From Rubripirellula sp. (GTDB lineage: Bacteria; Planctomycetota; Planctomycetia; Pirellulales; Pirellulaceae), in contig OZ244207.1 in NCBI GenBank assembly GCA_965216875.1, positions 1,600,001 through 1,664,000 of the forward strand: DNA of 64,000 bases, in the 5' to 3' direction. The position numbers and the translations under genes were made by a program. The notes under the pieces were generated by a model. That model ran no database searches. It had not been told where the DNA came from and was given only the letters and a program-made list of their open reading frames with translations. Positions 10,058 through 19,731 of this stretch are shown here, one piece after another. Position 1 is the first letter of the stretch. The number at the start of each line of letters is the position of its first letter.

Positions 10058-11092
10058 ATGGCGTCCGTCGTCGACAACCCAAGTCACAGTCCCAACAAGC
10101 ATTCCGATCGTCGATCGCGAAAACTTGCTGACAAGCCGAATAACGAACAACCAGCTGAGTCCAAGAAGAAAAAGGACGTAGGCCCGCTGACGTCGGAGCG
10201 GAAACGCTTCAGCAACATCAGCTACTGGGCGATCGGTTGGTTGACCATGGCTCACCTTGTCGTGTTGGCTGCACCGTTCACGTTCACCTGGACTGGACTG
10301 ATCGTTGCTTTGGGCCTGCACTGGATGACCGGAAGCCTCGGCATCTGTCTTGGCTACCACCGCTTGCTGACCCATACCGGAATGAAGACTTACGGTTGGG
10401 TGCGATACTTCTTTACTTCGATTGGCGTTCTGGCTGGCGAAGGTTCGCCGCTCGATTGGGTTGCCGACCACCGCAAGCATCACGCTTGTAGCGACCAAGA
10501 TGGCGACCCGCACTCGCCTCGCGATGGCAGCTTCTGGAGCCACATGTTCTGGCTCGCCTACCACACTCACAACGGTGATCGTAAGGCCTACCTCCAGAAG
10601 TGGGCTCCCGACCTGTACAAAGAACGCGGCATGCGTTTGATGGATTTCCTGTTCCTGCCGATGCACATTGCATGTGGATGCGTTCTCTTCGCAATCGGAT
10701 ACTACGCCAGCGGGATGGAAATGGCCGTGTCACTTGTGGTCTGGGGCATGTTCGTGCGTCTGGTGACCGTGCTTCACGCAACGTGGATGGTAAACAGTGC
10801 CTCGCACATGTTTGGTTACCGCAACTATGAAACGACCGACGACAGCCGCAACAACTGGTTGGTCGCGATCGTTGCTTACGGCGAAGGTTGGCACAACAAC
10901 CACCACGCCTATCCCCGTATGGCCAAGCACGGCCACAAGTGGTGGGAGTTTGACATCACCTGGCAAGCCATTCGTTTGCTTCGTGCAACAGGCTTGGTCT
11001 GGGATGTGGTCGACTACCGCAACGCGGCTGAAAAGAAAGCGATGCAAGACAAAAACTCGGATAGCGATGAGCAACAAGCGACAGCCGCCTAG
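10058..11092 (+). CDS. Delta-9-type fatty acid (acyl-lipid/acyl-CoA) desaturase
   Basis: His boxes GYHRLLTH, HRKHH and GEGWHNNHH, plus TM helices. Start placed at ATG 10058; the ORF is open from 9998. Confidence 0.93.
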   Translation: MASVVDNPSHSPNKHSDRRSRKLADKPNNEQPAESKKKKDVGPLTSERKRFSNISYWAIGWLTMAHLVVLAAPFTFTWTGLIVALGLHWMTGSLGICLGYHRLLTHTGMKTYGWVRYFFTSIGVLAGEGSPLDWVADHRKHHACSDQDGDPHSPRDGSFWSHMFWLAYHTHNGDRKAYLQKWAPDLYKERGMRLMDFLFLPMHIACGCVLFAIGYYASGMEMAVSLVVWGMFVRLVTVLHATWMVNSASHMFGYRNYETTDDSRNNWLVAIVAYGEGWHNNHHAYPRMAKHGHKWWEFDITWQAIRLLRATGLVWDVVDYRNAAEKKAMQDKNSDSDEQQATAA

Positions 11093-11119
11093 TTGCGAGG
11101 CAATTTGAATTTGACTTTC

Positions 11120-11155
11120 AAAACGCGGTTGGGACTCCCAACCGCGTTTTTCTTT
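11120..11155 (+). terminator. Rho-independent terminator after the desaturase
   Basis: AAAACGCGGTTGGGA C TCCCAACCGCGTTTT TCTTT: perfect stem followed by a T-tract. Confidence 0.85.
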
Positions 11156-11170
11156 GCGCTGGTGAATTCA

Positions 11171-11452
11171 GTGACCGAGTCCAACCCCTACACACCGCCC
11201 AACGAGATTGAGGCCGAATCGGACGATCAGACGGTAAGCGCATTGGGCGATGCGCGTGAAGAGATGACTCGGCTTGAGAGGTTGATTGGGAACATCGTCG
11301 TGTCAGCGATGATCGGTTCGCTCTACGTCGCCGTGGCCGCTCTCTTTGTTCACGGTGGTTGGGTCGGCGCCGTTGCCGTTGCGGTCTTTTTGCCAATCGT
11401 GGTTGGGATCACGATCTACCTGATGGTCTCATTGCGAGCGCTGCGACGCTGA
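11171..11452 (+). CDS. Small membrane protein with N-terminal SNPY motif
   Basis: GTG 11171 just after the terminator gives MTESNPYTPP..., then two hydrophobic helices. NPYxxP starts are common in planctomycete membrane proteins. Confidence 0.7.
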   Translation: MTESNPYTPPNEIEAESDDQTVSALGDAREEMTRLERLIGNIVVSAMIGSLYVAVAALFVHGGWVGAVAVAVFLPIVVGITIYLMVSLRALRR

Positions 11453-11568
11453 ATGGTCTCGCCGGATAATTGGGACAGATCACTGTATCTTTCGCACTTG
11501 CGCGTCTATCGTTTTACTGCTCGCCACACCCTACACGTCCCGCCCCAAAATCCGCCCTGGATGTCTCG

Positions 11569-13971
11569 ATGAATTCGATTCGAATTGTCTTCTGTGTTTG
11601 CGTCCTGTTGATCGCCAACACGTGTTGTTTGCCGGTTGTCGCCGTTGCAGCGGATAACGATTCCAAGACGATTGTCTATCGTTTGGTGGGCGATACCGAG
11701 TTGAAGCTTGATCTGTTTCTTCCGGACGAGCCTGCGGTGGCTGCCCCCTGCGTCGTTTTCATTCATGGCGGCGGTTGGCTTAACGGGAACCGCGGCAGCG
11801 GAAAGAAGAACGCGGCTTGGTTAACGCAGCATGGGTTTGCGGTCGCGAGTATCGACTATCGTTTGACGGATGTTGCACAATGGCCAGCGCAAATCGACGA
11901 TTGCTACAGTGCCGTTGCCTGGGTTCGCGAGCATGGTGGTGACTTTGGGATCGATCCAAAGCGGATCGGCGTGTTTGGGACCTCGGCCGGAGCACATTTG
12001 GCGGCGTTGGTGGGGACACGGCGAAACCCGAAGGTTGGCGGCGTGTCAACGAAGGTCCAGGCGGTGTGTGATTTCTTTGGGCCGGCCGACTTGCTTTCCA
12101 TGCCACCCAACAACGTTGGCAATGGGCGGACTGCCGAGCAGGTTGCCAAGTCAAACGGCGCAAAGCTCCTTGGAGCCACGGTTCGAGATGTGCCGAAGCT
12201 CGCCCGTGACGCAAGTGCGCTCTGTCAGGTTTCGCGCGACGATGCGCCTTTTTTGATCGTTCACGGTTCAGAAGACCCAGGTGTTCCGTTGGCACAGAGT
12301 CAAAGGCTGCACGCGGCGTTGGTTCACGAAGGCGTGCCATCTCGATTGCATGTGCTGGCAGGTGCCAAGCATGGCGGAAAGGAATTCAAAACGGAGCAAG
12401 TCCAAGCTGTCGTGGCAGACTTCTTTTCACGCAATCTGAAACGCGTCTGGAACCAAGGTGCCGGTGGGCAAGGGGATTTTCGTCGTCGTGATCTCTCGTC
12501 GCCAACCGACTGGAGTGTGGTGCGAGATGAGAACATTCGTTGGCGCAAAAGGTTGCCCGAAACGGGGCAGAGCACGGTTGCCGTTTGGGAGAACCGAGTC
12601 TTCTTTTCGACCATGGAGAAGGTCGACGCTGACGCTCAGCTTGGCAGCAACATTGTCGCTTGGTGCTGCGACGCGGATACCGGCGAAACCAATTGGAAAC
12701 GTGATGTTCCTGCAGATCACCCGCTTCGCCTGTCAGGGTGTTTTAGTGATTCGACGGGGCCGCCACCGGTTACCGATGGCAAACATGTCGTCTTTTTCAA
12801 TGCCTCGGGAGCGATCGTCTGTTTTGATTTCGATGGCGACGTGATCTGGCAAAAAGAGTTGATGGCGGTGGGGCGCAGCCAGCCGGTTTTGTTGGATGGG
12901 CAAGTCGTCTTCATCAAGCAAACGTACATGCCGGACGATGGCGGTCATTTCACGCACGATCACAAAGACGCGCCGCTTGATCAATGGACTCAGCTACAAG
13001 CGGTTGACATCAAGACCGGGGATCCGACCTGGCACACGACATGTGGCGTCAACATGGGGTGCGTTCCGCTTCCAATGACTTTGAGCGACGGTCGGCGGGT
13101 GATGGTGGTGGGACGCGGCGGCGGTCATTCACCACCTGAGAAGCCCGAGGGGATTTCGATGATCGATCTCGTCGATGGCAGCACGCTGTGGACGCTCGAA
13201 CTACCTCGCTTCATGAGCACAATGACGTTCCCTGTTTTCAGAGACGAAGTGCTTGTGTTTGACCGCGATGAGCATCTGTGGATCGATGCGTTCACTGGCA
13301 AGATCACGCGGCGTGTGAATTATCTTGCCGATGTGGTGGTTCATGCTCGCAAGCAGGGCAAGGACATCGCGGGCACTCAATCATTAAAGCTAGGTAAGAA
13401 AACCAGGGCACTGATCCAGCAGTCGAATCTACTTGTCGGCAAATATCATTTCTTTCGCAGCTACACACAGCCTTGGTTGGGCCGCGTCAATGTCGAATCG
13501 GGTGACGTTGAATACCTGCAGTTGCCTGTCCAGGTCGAAGTGACGGAAACCAACCGTCGAGAACTTTGGAGCGACGAAGGCATGTCGCCCAAGCTGATCG
13601 AGTCGCTCAAGAACGCTGCTCGCAAACGACCATCACGGTTGCCGGTCCAGCAATGGTGTTTTCGCCCCAATGAGATGAAGAATAGCCGCGGGCATGTTGT
13701 GATGGGTGATGCACGCTCGATGGGAAACGGTTGGGGGCATCACGCTTCCCAAGTTCCGACGGTTGTTGGTAAGCATCTTTACGTGCCAACGATGAGCGGC
13801 ATTGTTTACGTGATTGATTGGAACGCGGATCGCCTGGACCGGAACGCTGTGATTGCGATCAATGATTTGGGTGAGTTGGGCCAATCTTGGTGCAGGGCCA
13901 GTTTGAGTGCGGTGGATGGCCGACTCTATGCTCACACGATCGCAGACTTGATATGTATTGAAGCAGAGTAG
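11569..13971 (+). CDS. Secreted alpha/beta hydrolase (esterase) fused to a PQQ-like beta-propeller
   Basis: Signal peptide; HGGGW, GTSAG, HGSEDP and AKHGG catalytic motifs; C-terminal NIRWRKRLPETGQSTVAVW and PPVTDGKHV BamB/PQQ-like repeats. Confidence 0.88.
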   Translation: MNSIRIVFCVCVLLIANTCCLPVVAVAADNDSKTIVYRLVGDTELKLDLFLPDEPAVAAPCVVFIHGGGWLNGNRGSGKKNAAWLTQHGFAVASIDYRLTDVAQWPAQIDDCYSAVAWVREHGGDFGIDPKRIGVFGTSAGAHLAALVGTRRNPKVGGVSTKVQAVCDFFGPADLLSMPPNNVGNGRTAEQVAKSNGAKLLGATVRDVPKLARDASALCQVSRDDAPFLIVHGSEDPGVPLAQSQRLHAALVHEGVPSRLHVLAGAKHGGKEFKTEQVQAVVADFFSRNLKRVWNQGAGGQGDFRRRDLSSPTDWSVVRDENIRWRKRLPETGQSTVAVWENRVFFSTMEKVDADAQLGSNIVAWCCDADTGETNWKRDVPADHPLRLSGCFSDSTGPPPVTDGKHVVFFNASGAIVCFDFDGDVIWQKELMAVGRSQPVLLDGQVVFIKQTYMPDDGGHFTHDHKDAPLDQWTQLQAVDIKTGDPTWHTTCGVNMGCVPLPMTLSDGRRVMVVGRGGGHSPPEKPEGISMIDLVDGSTLWTLELPRFMSTMTFPVFRDEVLVFDRDEHLWIDAFTGKITRRVNYLADVVVHARKQGKDIAGTQSLKLGKKTRALIQQSNLLVGKYHFFRSYTQPWLGRVNVESGDVEYLQLPVQVEVTETNRRELWSDEGMSPKLIESLKNAARKRPSRLPVQQWCFRPNEMKNSRGHVVMGDARSMGNGWGHHASQVPTVVGKHLYVPTMSGIVYVIDWNADRLDRNAVIAINDLGELGQSWCRASLSAVDGRLYAHTIADLICIEAE

Positions 13972-14145
13972 ACAACGAACGGCTCAGTGATGATTGGTTG
14001 GAAGGGTGATTGGTTGGAAGGTGTTGATCATGCCGGATCTGAGTCGCTGTCGCACCTTGATTCGGCCTACTGAATGACCATCATGTGTCGGCGGTAACTA
14101 TACTGGTGCGAAAACAGGCTTACGGCAGACTTCGATAGCGACGGC

Positions 14146-14841
14146 ATGAACGACACGAAACGGCAAGGATGGTTGGCTTACGTCGCGCCAATGGCCGTGT
14201 TCCTCGCGCTGGTCGAGATATCGAGTCGTTTTTTTGAGATCGACCAGCTCGGCTTGTTGGCTCTTCGGGTAGTGCTTCCCGCGGCGGTACTTGCATTCTT
14301 TTTCTATCGAGGTGCCTACAAAGAGTTACGGCCACGATGGACAGCAATGACGCTCGTCGATGTTGGGTTGGGTGTGGTGCTCGCGGCGCTTTGGGTGCGC
14401 CCCTATCTTCTCTTTCCGTCCATTCGGCCCGAATCGGTTGACGCCTTTGACCGGACGATGGCAGGTGGATCGATGGTGGCTGCGGTTTTGGCGATTCGCA
14501 TGGTCGGCTATGCAGTCGTCACTCCGGTGATGGAAGAGCTGTTCATGCGAAGCTTCCTGATGCGGATGGTGGACAGCTACGACTCCGAAAAAGAGTTCGA
14601 CGAGCTTCCGGTTGGGGCGTTCTCGTGGCGAAACTTTGTCGTGGTGACGGTTGTCTTTCTGGCGACACACGCGATGTGGGAGTGGTGGGTGATGCTGCCG
14701 TGGGCGGTCTTGACCAACCTATGGTTTTACTACCGCAAAGACCTGTTCGCGCTGGTGATGCTTCATGGTGCGACCAATGCCTCGATTCTGATCGCCGCGA
14801 TCGTAATGGGAGACCGGTATTCGCTGTGGTTCTTGGTTTGA
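14146..14841 (+). CDS. CAAX prenyl protease-related (CPBP/Abi family) intramembrane protease
   Basis: Multi-TM; VVTPVMEELFMRSFL (EExxxR), FLATH, HGATN motifs. Confidence 0.88.
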   Translation: MNDTKRQGWLAYVAPMAVFLALVEISSRFFEIDQLGLLALRVVLPAAVLAFFFYRGAYKELRPRWTAMTLVDVGLGVVLAALWVRPYLLFPSIRPESVDAFDRTMAGGSMVAAVLAIRMVGYAVVTPVMEELFMRSFLMRMVDSYDSEKEFDELPVGAFSWRNFVVVTVVFLATHAMWEWWVMLPWAVLTNLWFYYRKDLFALVMLHGATNASILIAAIVMGDRYSLWFLV

Positions 14842-14978
14842 TCGGTTCCGCCTGTTGGCTGGCCGAATCGGGCTTCTTGGCGGTCGGCAGCCGCGTTCGC
14901 TCGACGAGCCAATTTCGGCTGCTACAATCGGGACATTAAACCGCTCACAGAAAACAGCGTCTGGGTTGTTTGCACGAT

Positions 14979-15902
14979 ATGAAGATTAAATGTCCCGGCT
15001 GTTCGTCGGTTTTGAACGTTCCCGAATCGGCAGCTGGCAAGGTCGTCAAATGCCCTTGTGGCAAGCAGCTGCGCGCTCCCGGTGGCTCTGCCAGAGCGGG
15101 TGCAGCGCAAGCACCCCAGCAGCGGCCTACAACGCCTCAACCACAACAAGCCCGCCCACAGCAGCGGCCCGCCCAACCGACTCAGCGCCCGCCACAACCA
15201 CAAGCCTCGGGCGGTGGAGGTGGCTTGGGGCTCGACCCAGACATTTTTGATGAATTGACTGACGGCGACATGCAGCCAGTTCAAGCGGTCGTGCGCCCTG
15301 GGCAACAAACGAATCCGTACGCGACGACTGCGAGCTCAGACCAGATGCTCAATCAGTATGCGTCGGAGGATGTTCGCAGCACAGGTTCTGGTGACGGTCG
15401 TGGCCGCAAGCCAGGATTGTTGTATTTCTTGGGCGTGATCAACATTCTCTGGTCGCTCGGGTTTTTCTTGATCACGCTGCTGCTGGTCGGCCTGGTCACG
15501 ATGTTTGCTGATATCGACGAGCTGTTTCAGGCGGACGAAGTTTCACTTGCCGCTGTCGTCGCGGCAACGGTGACGATGGGACTGATTTCGGCGGCAACGG
15601 CCGTTGCTTGTTTCTGGCCAGCAAAGGGTTGTTGGTACATTTTGCTGTTCAGCTACGGTTACGGCTTTGCGGACCGAATCTTCGGCGCCATCGGTTCAGC
15701 GATGGAGGAAGAAGGGGGCAGTCGCTTGATCGGCGCCGGTATCGGGATTCTGGTGGGTCTCAGTTTCTGGGCCTTCATGCATGGCGACGAAGTGCGGGCG
15801 CACTATCGCACGCGAAATGCGGGAATCGGCGGCGTTGTGGTTGCCGATGTGCTCGGTGTGCTCGTTGGCTGTGGGCTCGGAGCAGCGGTCGTCTTTATGT
15901 AG
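14979..15902 (+). CDS. Zinc-ribbon, Pro/Gln-linker, multi-TM hypothetical protein
   Basis: MKIKCPGC..KVVKCPCG, PQQRP low-complexity linker, NPY motif, about five TM helices. Confidence 0.8.
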   Translation: MKIKCPGCSSVLNVPESAAGKVVKCPCGKQLRAPGGSARAGAAQAPQQRPTTPQPQQARPQQRPAQPTQRPPQPQASGGGGGLGLDPDIFDELTDGDMQPVQAVVRPGQQTNPYATTASSDQMLNQYASEDVRSTGSGDGRGRKPGLLYFLGVINILWSLGFFLITLLLVGLVTMFADIDELFQADEVSLAAVVAATVTMGLISAATAVACFWPAKGCWYILLFSYGYGFADRIFGAIGSAMEEEGGSRLIGAGIGILVGLSFWAFMHGDEVRAHYRTRNAGIGGVVVADVLGVLVGCGLGAAVVFM

Positions 15903-16047
15903 GCACGCGACGACGAACTCACGTGTCCACCCGGTTGACCAACCGTGTCATTTGATGGCGTAATCTAGGTTCCATCAAAGAGAGATGCCATTGCTGGCGT
16001 CTCCTTTTCCAGGTGGCAATGACCCTCGCAATAACAGGACGATCGCG

Positions 16048-17061
16048 GTGGCACGGAACGAGCAGCTGATTCGACAACACAAACTTCTTCAACTCCTTGA
16101 GTATTCGAGGTTTGGACGGACCCTTGATGAACTGCGAGGCGATCTGATCGCCGACCTTGGGCTGACCAATTTGCATGAACGGACCGTTCGACGCGACATC
16201 GAGGCGCTTCAAGCTGCTGGTTTTGACATTCAAAGCGATACGGTCGAGCGGGGTAAGGTCTACAAGCTTGGTCAAAACAACACCGGCGTTCACGAAATCG
16301 GAATCTCCTCGACCGAGTTGATCGCACTTTCCATTGGACGCGAATTGCTCTATCCGCTGCTGGGAACTCAATACTGGCGCGGGATCGAGACGTTCTGGAA
16401 CAAAGTGCAAGAAACCGTTCCCAATGGAGTCTTCGATCACTACGCACGGTTTCGCAAGACGCTGCACGTCTTCGGCACGCCGAGTAAGACCTACGAGCAC
16501 CACGAAGGGATGCTGAAAACGATCAACCGCGCGATCCTCGAACACCGTGTGGTTGAGATTGAATACGAGTCGGTTGGTAAACCCGCATCGACAAGGCGGA
16601 TCGAACCGTACGGATTGGCGGTCTATCAAAGCAGCATCTACGTCATCGCTGCCGCCGAAGAGATCTCTGATCCAAGTGAACGTTTAAGGAACTGGAAGCT
16701 CGATCGCTTTCGACACGCGACGGCACTGGACGAGTACTTCAAGCCCAATCCGAACATCGACGTTTCGGATCATCTTTCAAAAAGCATTGGGATCTTTTCC
16801 GGCGAGACGTCGACGCTGGTCAAGATTCGCCTCGGACAACGTGCGGCAGCTTGGGTCGGCGAGGACCCCTGGCATCCCGACCAACAACTCGAGTCGCAAG
16901 AGGACGGTTCGGCGATTTTGACCGTGCCCGCATCGCATCCGCGAGAAGTGCTGCCTAAGGTATTGTCACTGGGTAGTGATGCGGAAGTCTTGGGGCCCGA
17001 GCCGTTTCGCAAAGCGGTGGCCGAAGCGGTCGCTAACATGGCAGCAAGTTACGAGAGCTAG
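16048..17061 (+). CDS. WYL-domain helix-turn-helix transcriptional regulator (YafY/PafBC-like)
   Basis: ERTVRRDIEAL wHTH; RRIEPYGLAVYQSSIYVIA..RNWKLDRF WYL domain; VLSLGSDAEVLGPEPFR WCX tail. Start is GTG 16048 or ATG 15985. Confidence 0.92.
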   Translation: MARNEQLIRQHKLLQLLEYSRFGRTLDELRGDLIADLGLTNLHERTVRRDIEALQAAGFDIQSDTVERGKVYKLGQNNTGVHEIGISSTELIALSIGRELLYPLLGTQYWRGIETFWNKVQETVPNGVFDHYARFRKTLHVFGTPSKTYEHHEGMLKTINRAILEHRVVEIEYESVGKPASTRRIEPYGLAVYQSSIYVIAAAEEISDPSERLRNWKLDRFRHATALDEYFKPNPNIDVSDHLSKSIGIFSGETSTLVKIRLGQRAAAWVGEDPWHPDQQLESQEDGSAILTVPASHPREVLPKVLSLGSDAEVLGPEPFRKAVAEAVANMAASYES

Positions 17062-17130
17062 GCCAGACGCTCTTCTGTCAAGGTGCACGACATATTGAAT
17101 CCCCTTCCGTTTGACCCCAAGGCTCGCAAG

Positions 17131-18159
17131 ATGCGTTTGTTGTTCTTTGCCTTTCTCGTTGCACTGTTTGTTGCGCCGCTTCAGGCCATTGAGCCACAGA
17201 AGGTCGATGTATCGAAAACGGTCTTCTATCCCCAACGCTGGAAGGCGGCGGAGATCGATTTCGAGATGTTGGCTTGGCAAGGCGACAAGGTCACGCTTTT
17301 GACCAAGCAGGGTGAATATGATCGCGAAAAGCTCACTGCATTTGTCAGTGTGCTCGATCAAGGCTGGAAGACCCAGCTTGACCTCGTCGGTGTTGCCCCG
17401 CGGACGTTTCGGCAGCTTGACGGGCGTGCAACGATCTGTGCGTTACCTCAAGCGAATTTGTCTTGCGGGTATGGCTGTGGTTATGTCGGCGCCACAGGGA
17501 TTGAGGTAGCAGGTTTCTACAACAAGGATTGGCCAAACTTCCAATCCGACCCGAAGAGTTTTGCCCACTATTATTTTTACGAGATGGGGCGAAACTACTT
17601 TGTCTTCGGCGATCGGCATTCGCTCTTTACGACCGGGTACGCGGTCTTCATTCGCTACGTCTGCATGGACAAAGTCGGAGTGATGGACCGCGATCTGAAG
17701 ACTCGCGAAACGATCGAGAGCTGTGAGCAGATCTATGCCGATTCGGAGGTCAAGTTCTATGACGCCTTCACGAATCTCGGTACAGGCGAAAAGCGAAACC
17801 GCCTCAAAGATGCAAGTGGACGCACCATCGCGCCAAGTGACCAGCCGGTGATGTATGCGACCGCCATGTTGAAATTGCGCCGCGACCACGGGGGGGACCA
17901 ATGGACCAAATCGTTCTTGCACCATTTGCGTAGTTGTCGACCGTACAAAGCCCGCACCATCGAAGAGGCGGACGGCCAGTGCATGAATTGGCTCGTCTGT
18001 GCCTCGGCGGCAGCGGGCGAGAATCTGTGTGGCGTGTTTGTCGACCGCTGGCGGATGCCGCTGTCCGACAAGCAACGCGAGATCATGGAGTCGATCGATT
18101 GGGAAAAGGTCGACGTTCCAGCGACCGTCGACCGGTTGCTCGCCGCGAGCGGTTCGTAG
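17131..18159 (+). CDS. Secreted hypothetical protein
   Basis: Signal peptide MRLLFFAFLVALFVAPLQA; Cys/Gly motif CGYGCGYVGATGIE; YEMGRNYF. Confidence 0.75.
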   Translation: MRLLFFAFLVALFVAPLQAIEPQKVDVSKTVFYPQRWKAAEIDFEMLAWQGDKVTLLTKQGEYDREKLTAFVSVLDQGWKTQLDLVGVAPRTFRQLDGRATICALPQANLSCGYGCGYVGATGIEVAGFYNKDWPNFQSDPKSFAHYYFYEMGRNYFVFGDRHSLFTTGYAVFIRYVCMDKVGVMDRDLKTRETIESCEQIYADSEVKFYDAFTNLGTGEKRNRLKDASGRTIAPSDQPVMYATAMLKLRRDHGGDQWTKSFLHHLRSCRPYKARTIEEADGQCMNWLVCASAAAGENLCGVFVDRWRMPLSDKQREIMESIDWEKVDVPATVDRLLAASGS

Positions 18160-18170
18160 TCGGAACCCGC

Positions 18171-18391
18171 GTGAGCCGTCGGCCGTGAGGCCTCAGGCCT
18201 TGATCACGCAACAGAGTGTAGGGCCCGATGCTAGCGCGTTCGGCTCACAGGGAATCACAATTCGTAGCTACCTTCGCCAGAAGGTGGTTCGCTATGCAGG
18301 ATCGGTCCCTGCCAACCCACGCTCTGGCGAACGTAGCTACGAAGAGGCGTTCGTCGTACCGCCTTCAGGCGGAATGGGCTAATGGGACTAC
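18171..18391. repeat. Mosaic of REP-like inverted repeats (families B, C, G)
   Basis: B pair GTGAGCCG..(18171) / ..CGCGTTCGGCTCAC (to 18248); C pair GTAGCTACCTTCGCCAGAAGGTGG (18264) / CCACGCTCTGGCGAACGTAGCTAC (to 18340); G-type GTCGTACCGCCTTCAGGCGGAA (18353). Confidence 0.85.
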
Positions 18392-19584
18392 AAACCGGTC
18401 GCGTCTCCGATCGAATCCTTGTGCTGGGTTCGATAGCGCCCGGGTGTCAGTCCCGTTTCTCGTTTGAAGACGGCACTGAGCCGCTCTTTGTGTGAGTAGC
18501 CTGCGATGGGAGTGATCGCTTCGAGGGTGAGCTCGGTTTCTCGAAGGAGCTGTTTCACCTTGGCGACTTGCGTCGCTGTGATCTCGTCATGCGGCGTTCG
18601 GCCGAGGTGTTCCCGAAATCGACGTTCGAGTTGACGGCGCGAAAGCTTACTGAACTGCACGACGTCACCAACATCGATACCTTCACAGGCTTGTTGTCGG
18701 ATGAAGCGGCACGCTGCAGCGACTTCGCGATCTTCGACCGCGGTGACTTGAGTTGACAATCGCTGCACGACACCGCTCGGCAGAACCTGTGGGACCGATT
18801 CGGGTGCCGGTTGACCATTCATCATTTGGTCGAGCGTTTCGGCTGCGACGTAACCGATCCGTTCGGCGTTGGGGCGTACGCTCGAAAGCGGCGGGTCACT
18901 GAGAGGGCAGATCGTGTCGTCATCATCCACGCCAACAACGCCGATATCGTCTGGCACCGAGATGGCAAGGTTTCGACACGCGTTCAAGACCTGTTGCCCA
19001 CGAATGTCATTGCAGACCAACATGCCAGTGGGGCGTTGTTGCTCCGTCAGCCATTGCGAGAGCTGTTCTTGGTCGGCGAATCCGGCTCGTTCGATACTGG
19101 TGAGTGAAGCGCGCGAGTCGCTGTCCGTTTCGTAGACTGAAAGTGGGCATCCGGCAGCCTGGACGATTTGACGAAAGGGTTCGAGGCGATGGACAGAGAA
19201 GTGGGCACCTCGGTAGCCGCAGAACGCAAATCGACGAAAGCCGCACTCGTAAAGATGTTCGAACGCCAGCCTCGCGACCACGCGATCATCCGTTTCGACC
19301 TGAGGGACCGACGGATACGTTCGGCGGCATCGCACGTCGATGATGGGTACATTGAGGCTGCGAAACAGATCGATCGAATGAGCGTCGACGCGAGCGATGA
19401 TTCCGTCGACATCCGCATTTTTCAACCAATCGGGTGGTTGGGCGTCGATGGTCATCTCTTCGTGCAGAAGCAGCCAATTCCCTTGGGTTCGCGAGAATCG
19501 AGCGACACCGCGCAGCAGGTTTCGCCCGTAAGATCGGGACGACTCAATGATCAACGCGACTTTGCGGCGGGGTTTCAGTTTCAT
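18388..19584 (-). CDS. XylR-type regulator (periplasmic-binding-protein-like domain plus AraC HTH)
   Basis: KVALIIESSRSYGRNLLRGV, CNDIRGQQVL, VVGVDDD..LSDPPLSSV, LSRRQLERRFR, FKRETGLTPGRYR. Confidence 0.92.
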   Translation of the reverse strand: MKLKPRRKVALIIESSRSYGRNLLRGVARFSRTQGNWLLLHEEMTIDAQPPDWLKNADVDGIIARVDAHSIDLFRSLNVPIIDVRCRRTYPSVPQVETDDRVVARLAFEHLYECGFRRFAFCGYRGAHFSVHRLEPFRQIVQAAGCPLSVYETDSDSRASLTSIERAGFADQEQLSQWLTEQQRPTGMLVCNDIRGQQVLNACRNLAISVPDDIGVVGVDDDDTICPLSDPPLSSVRPNAERIGYVAAETLDQMMNGQPAPESVPQVLPSGVVQRLSTQVTAVEDREVAAACRFIRQQACEGIDVGDVVQFSKLSRRQLERRFREHLGRTPHDEITATQVAKVKQLLRETELTLEAITPIAGYSHKERLSAVFKRETGLTPGRYRTQHKDSIGDATGL

Positions 19585-19585
19585 C

Positions 19586-19713
19586 GGTCGCAGATTTGGG
19601 GGGGGACTCGCCGTGACGCAAATCGTTAACGGCGGTGACGCAAATGATCCTCGACTTGGACTCCATTGCCACGTATCGTATGGGAAGATCGAGTTTGATC
19701 AATCGTCGCATAT
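19586..19713. promoter_or_regulatory. Candidate operator direct repeats in the divergent xylR-like / cytochrome intergenic region
   Basis: GTGACGCAAAT at 19613 and 19635 (22 bp period); related GGTCGCAGAT at 19586 and CGTCGCATAT at 19704. Confidence 0.55.
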
Positions 19714-19731
19714 CATTCAACGGGATCGTTC

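Noticed and set aside
13991..14021. 16 bp tandem repeat TGATTGGTTGGAAGG(G) x2
   Set aside because: Only two copies, and not seen elsewhere in the window; probably slippage.
15945..15966. PafBC-type TGTCGG-N10-TA-N3-T promoter upstream of the WYL gene
   Set aside because: The hexamer has two mismatches and the spacer is 9 nt; too weak to call.
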